A model generated the notes under the pieces. That model did not search any database. It was not told the origin of the DNA and was given only the letters and a program-made list of their open reading frames with translations. Below are positions 30,194 to 33,107 of a stretch of DNA of 33,107 nt, in pieces. The stretch's first letter is position 1; each line of letters starts with the position of its first letter. The stretch spans positions 1 through 33,107 of the forward strand of contig JAXLNO010000437.1 of NCBI GenBank assembly GCA_038087875.1, read 5' to 3'. This DNA comes from Malacoraja senta (taxonomy: Eukaryota). The position numbers and the translations under genes were made by a program.

Positions 30194-30392
30194 GGGTGGC
30201 ACAGTATCCGAGCTACTGCCTTACAGCGCCAGAGACCCGGGTTCGATCCTGACTACGGGTGCGTGTCTGTGGGGAATTTGTACGTTCGTTCTCCTTGTGA
30301 GACCGCGTGGGCTTTCTCCGAGATTTTCGGTTTTCACCCACGCTCCACAGTTGTACATGTTTATAGGTTAATTGGGTTGCGATAAATGTTTA
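30194..30392 (+). mobile_element. tRNA-derived SINE, 3'-truncated
   Basis: CAGCGCCAGAGACCCGGGTTCGATCCTGACTACGGG. Confidence 0.85.
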
Positions 30393-30404
30393 ACAAAAAT
30401 TCCA

Positions 30405-31275
30405 GGGTGGTGCAGCGGTAGAGTTGCTGTCTCAGTGCCAGAGAGCAAAAGGAATTGAGTATAGGAGCAGGGAGGTTCTACTGCAGTTGTACAGGGTCTT
30501 GGTGAGACCACACCTGGAGTATTGCGTACTGTTTTGGTCTCCTAATCTGAGGAAGGACATTCTTGCCATAGAGGGAGTACAGAGAAGGTTCACCAGACTG
30601 ATTCCTGGGATGGCAGGACTTTCATATGAAGAAAGACTGGATAGACTCGGCTTGTACTCGCTAGAATTTAGAAGATTGAGGGGGGATCTTATAGAAACTT
30701 ACAAAATTCTTCAGGGGTTGGACAGGCTAGATGCAGGAAGATTGTTCACGATGTTGGGGAAGTCCAGAACAAGGGGTCACAGCTTAAGGATAAGGGGGAA
30801 GTCTTTTAGGACCGAGATGAGAATTTTTTTTTCATACAGAGAGTGGTGAATCTGTGGAATTCTCTGCCACAGAAAGTAGTTGAGGCCAGTTCATTGGCTA
30901 TATTTAAGAGGGAGTTAGATGTGTCTAAAGGGATCAGGGGGTATGGAGAGAAGGCAGGTACAGGATACTGAGTTGGCTGATCAGCCATGATCATATTGAA
31001 TGGCAGTGCAGGCTCGAAAGGGCGAATGGCCTACTCCTGCACCTATTTTCTATGTTTCTATGACCCGGGTTCGATCCTGACCTCAGGTGCTGGAGTAAGT
31101 TCTCCCAATGACCTGCATGGTTTTCTCCGGGTGCTCTGGTTTCATGCCGCACTCCAAAGACGTGGAGGTTTGTAGGTTAATTGGCTTCTGTAAATTGTCC
31201 CTTGTGTGTGTAGGATAAGAACTGGTGCACGGGTTAGCATGGACCCGGTGGGCCGAAGGGTCTGTTTCCACAATG
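30405..31275 (+). mobile_element. SINE (30405-30443 and 31063-31275) split between its A and B boxes by a CR1
   Basis: GTGGTGCAGCGGTAGAG...GCCAGAG | ACCCGGGTTCGATCC. Confidence 0.85.
30444..31062 (+). mobile_element. 5'-truncated CR1 LINE
   Basis: AKGIEYRSREVLLQLYRVLVRPHLEYC...; (TTTCTATG)n tail. Confidence 0.95.
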
Positions 31276-31494
31276 TGTGCCGAGACTCTGGAATTAGCTG
31301 CTGTTGATTCAGTGCATCATGATTTATTCACCATTATAAATTGCCTGCCAGGATACAGCATTGATTGATTAGTCTGCTATGAAAATTTAATGGATTAAAA
31401 AGCGTTTTGAGTTGTAAAAGATTAGCGCAGAAAGAGAAGAAAGATGTGGCAGCTTCTCGGTATATTATTCATGGTTTTATTTATTGTCTCCAGC

Positions 31495-32432
31495 TCTGAC
31501 TTCAACACCATAATCCCAACCAAACTCATCTCCAAACACCTGGTTCAATTCAATTCAGTTCAGTTTAGTTTACCGTCGCCTGTACCCGCGAGGTACTGTG
31601 AAAAGCTTTTGTTGCGTTCTATCCAGTCAGAGGAAAGACTAGACATGATTTGCTATATTTAAGAGGGAGTTAGATGTGGCCCTTGTGGCTAAAGGGATCA
31701 GGGGATATGGAGAGAAGGCAGGATCAGGATACTGAGTTGGATGATCAGCCAGAATGGCGGTGCAGGCTCGAAGGGCCGAATGGCCTGCTCCTGCACCTAT
31801 TTTCTATGTTTCTATGTTTCTATGATTGAAAGATTGAAAAGACTAGGCTTGTATTCACTGGAGTTTAGAAGGATGAGGGGGGATCTTATAGAAACATATA
31901 AAATTATAAAAAAGACTGGACAAGCTAGATGCAGGAAAAATGTTCCCAATGTTGGGGCGAGTCCAGAACCAGGGGCCACAGTCTTAGAATAAAGGGGAGG
32001 TCATTCAAGACTGAGGTGAGAAAAAACGTTTTCACCCAGAGAGTTGTGAATTTATGGAATTCCCTGCCACAGAGGGCAGTGGAGGCCAAGTCACTGGATG
32101 GATTTAAGAGGGAGTTCTATAGAGCTTTAGGGGCTAGTGGAGTCGAGGGATATGGGGAGAAGGCAGGCACGGGTTTATTGATTGGGGATCACAATGAATG
32201 GCGGTGCTGGCTGGAAGGGCCGAATGGCCTCCTCCTGCACCTATTTTCTATGTTTCTATGTTTACAATCGAGCCATTTACAGTGTACAGATACATGATAA
32301 GGGAATAACGTTTAGTGCAAGGCAAAGCCAGTGAAGACCTATCAAGGATTGTCCGAGGGTCACCAATGAGGTAGATAGCACCTCAGGACTGCTCTCAGAT
32401 TGTTGGTAGGATGGTTCAGTAGCCTGATAAAC
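31495..32432. mobile_element. Rex1-type fragments with two tandem CR1 3' ends (~31652-31824 and ~31826-32262, plus)
   Basis: DFNTIIPTKLISK; CR1 motifs and tails; minus-strand LINE 3' UTR on both sides of the CR1s. Confidence 0.78.
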
Positions 32433-32433
32433 G

Positions 32434-32630
32434 CTGAAGAGAGACATAAAACTGAAGAGAGACATAAAATGCTGGAGTAACTCAGCGGGACAGGCAGCAT
32501 CTCTGGAGAGAAGGAATGGGTGACGTTTCAGGTCGAGACCCTTCTTCAAACTAGTTAGGAACAAGAGAAACGAGAGATATAGACGATGACGTAGAGAGAT
32601 AAAGAACGATGAATAAAAGATATGCAAAAA
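32434..32630 (-). mobile_element. PLE 3' terminal fragment with mutated hammerhead motif
   Basis: ATGCTGGAGTAACTCAGCGGG...GGTGACGTTTCAGGTCGAGACCCTTCTTCAAAC; 18-bp tandem duplication 32434-32469. Confidence 0.85.
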
Positions 32631-32885
32631 GCCTGAATCTGGAGGTGTGCGATGTCACACTTCCATACCTCTTGCCCGCTGGTAGAGGGGAAAACATTGA
32701 TGTTCTACGACCGTCAGGAGCATGCGCGCAATGCATGAGTCCTCATTGCATGTGAAGCGTTAATGCAGAAGGAACTCGGATGAGCAGAGTCGTGTCCAAT
32801 CTTGTGTGACACAGAGGCAGCAGCCAAGAAGTTGCAAGCATTTCTCGTACGTGAGTCATTAACAAAAGTGACTTTACCTGGGTTA

Positions 32886-33107
32886 ACATAGAAAATAGGT
32901 GCAGGAGTAGGCCATTCGGCCCTTCGAGCCTGCACCGCCATTCAATATGATCGTGGCTGATCATCCAACTCAGTATCCTGTACCTGCCTTCTCTCCATAC
33001 CCCCTGATCCCTTTAGCCACAAGGACCACATCTAACTCCCTCTTAAATATAGCCAATGAACTGGCCTCGACTACCTTCTGTGGCAGAGAGTTCCAGAGAT
33101 TCACCAC
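32886..33107 (-). mobile_element. CR1 LINE 3' end, cut by the window edge
   Basis: CATAGAAAATAGGTGCAGGAGTAGGCCATTCGGCCC... as at 12050-12270. Confidence 0.95.

Noticed and set aside
32705..32860. Plus-strand exon ending at GTGAGT (~32851)
   Set aside because: No clear acceptor with an open frame and no recognisable product.

Overview
Eukaryotic, almost entirely repeat-derived DNA with no host protein-coding exon I can support. The repeat families (CR1-clade LINEs, a tRNA-derived HE1/V-SINE-like SINE, Rex1/Babar LINEs, Neptune-type Penelope-like elements, PLEs) suggest a cartilaginous fish, probably a skate or ray; this is inference. The centrepiece is a decayed but structurally complete DIRS1-type tyrosine-recombinase retrotransposon (11388-20083). 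It retains both inverted termini, the internal complementary region (ICR), an ATT integration core, and remnant RT, RNase H, methyltransferase and YR domains. It sits in the 3' UTR of a Rex1-type LINE and contains a young CR1 whose 969-codon ORF2 is broken only by a 210-bp hairpin insertion. That insertion is one of three tiny fold-back PLE-terminus insertions, each with a 14-15-bp TSD and a ~32-nt unpaired tail, turning at or next to a minimal hammerhead-ribozyme motif that shows compensatory changes between copies. Also present are two Harbinger-like MITEs, a minisatellite inside the DIRS, many nested LINE/SINE fragments, and several short unique islands that may be enhancers. All family calls come from reading motifs by eye, with no database search; fragment boundaries are approximate (about 10-20 bp) unless a TSD or TIR fixes them.
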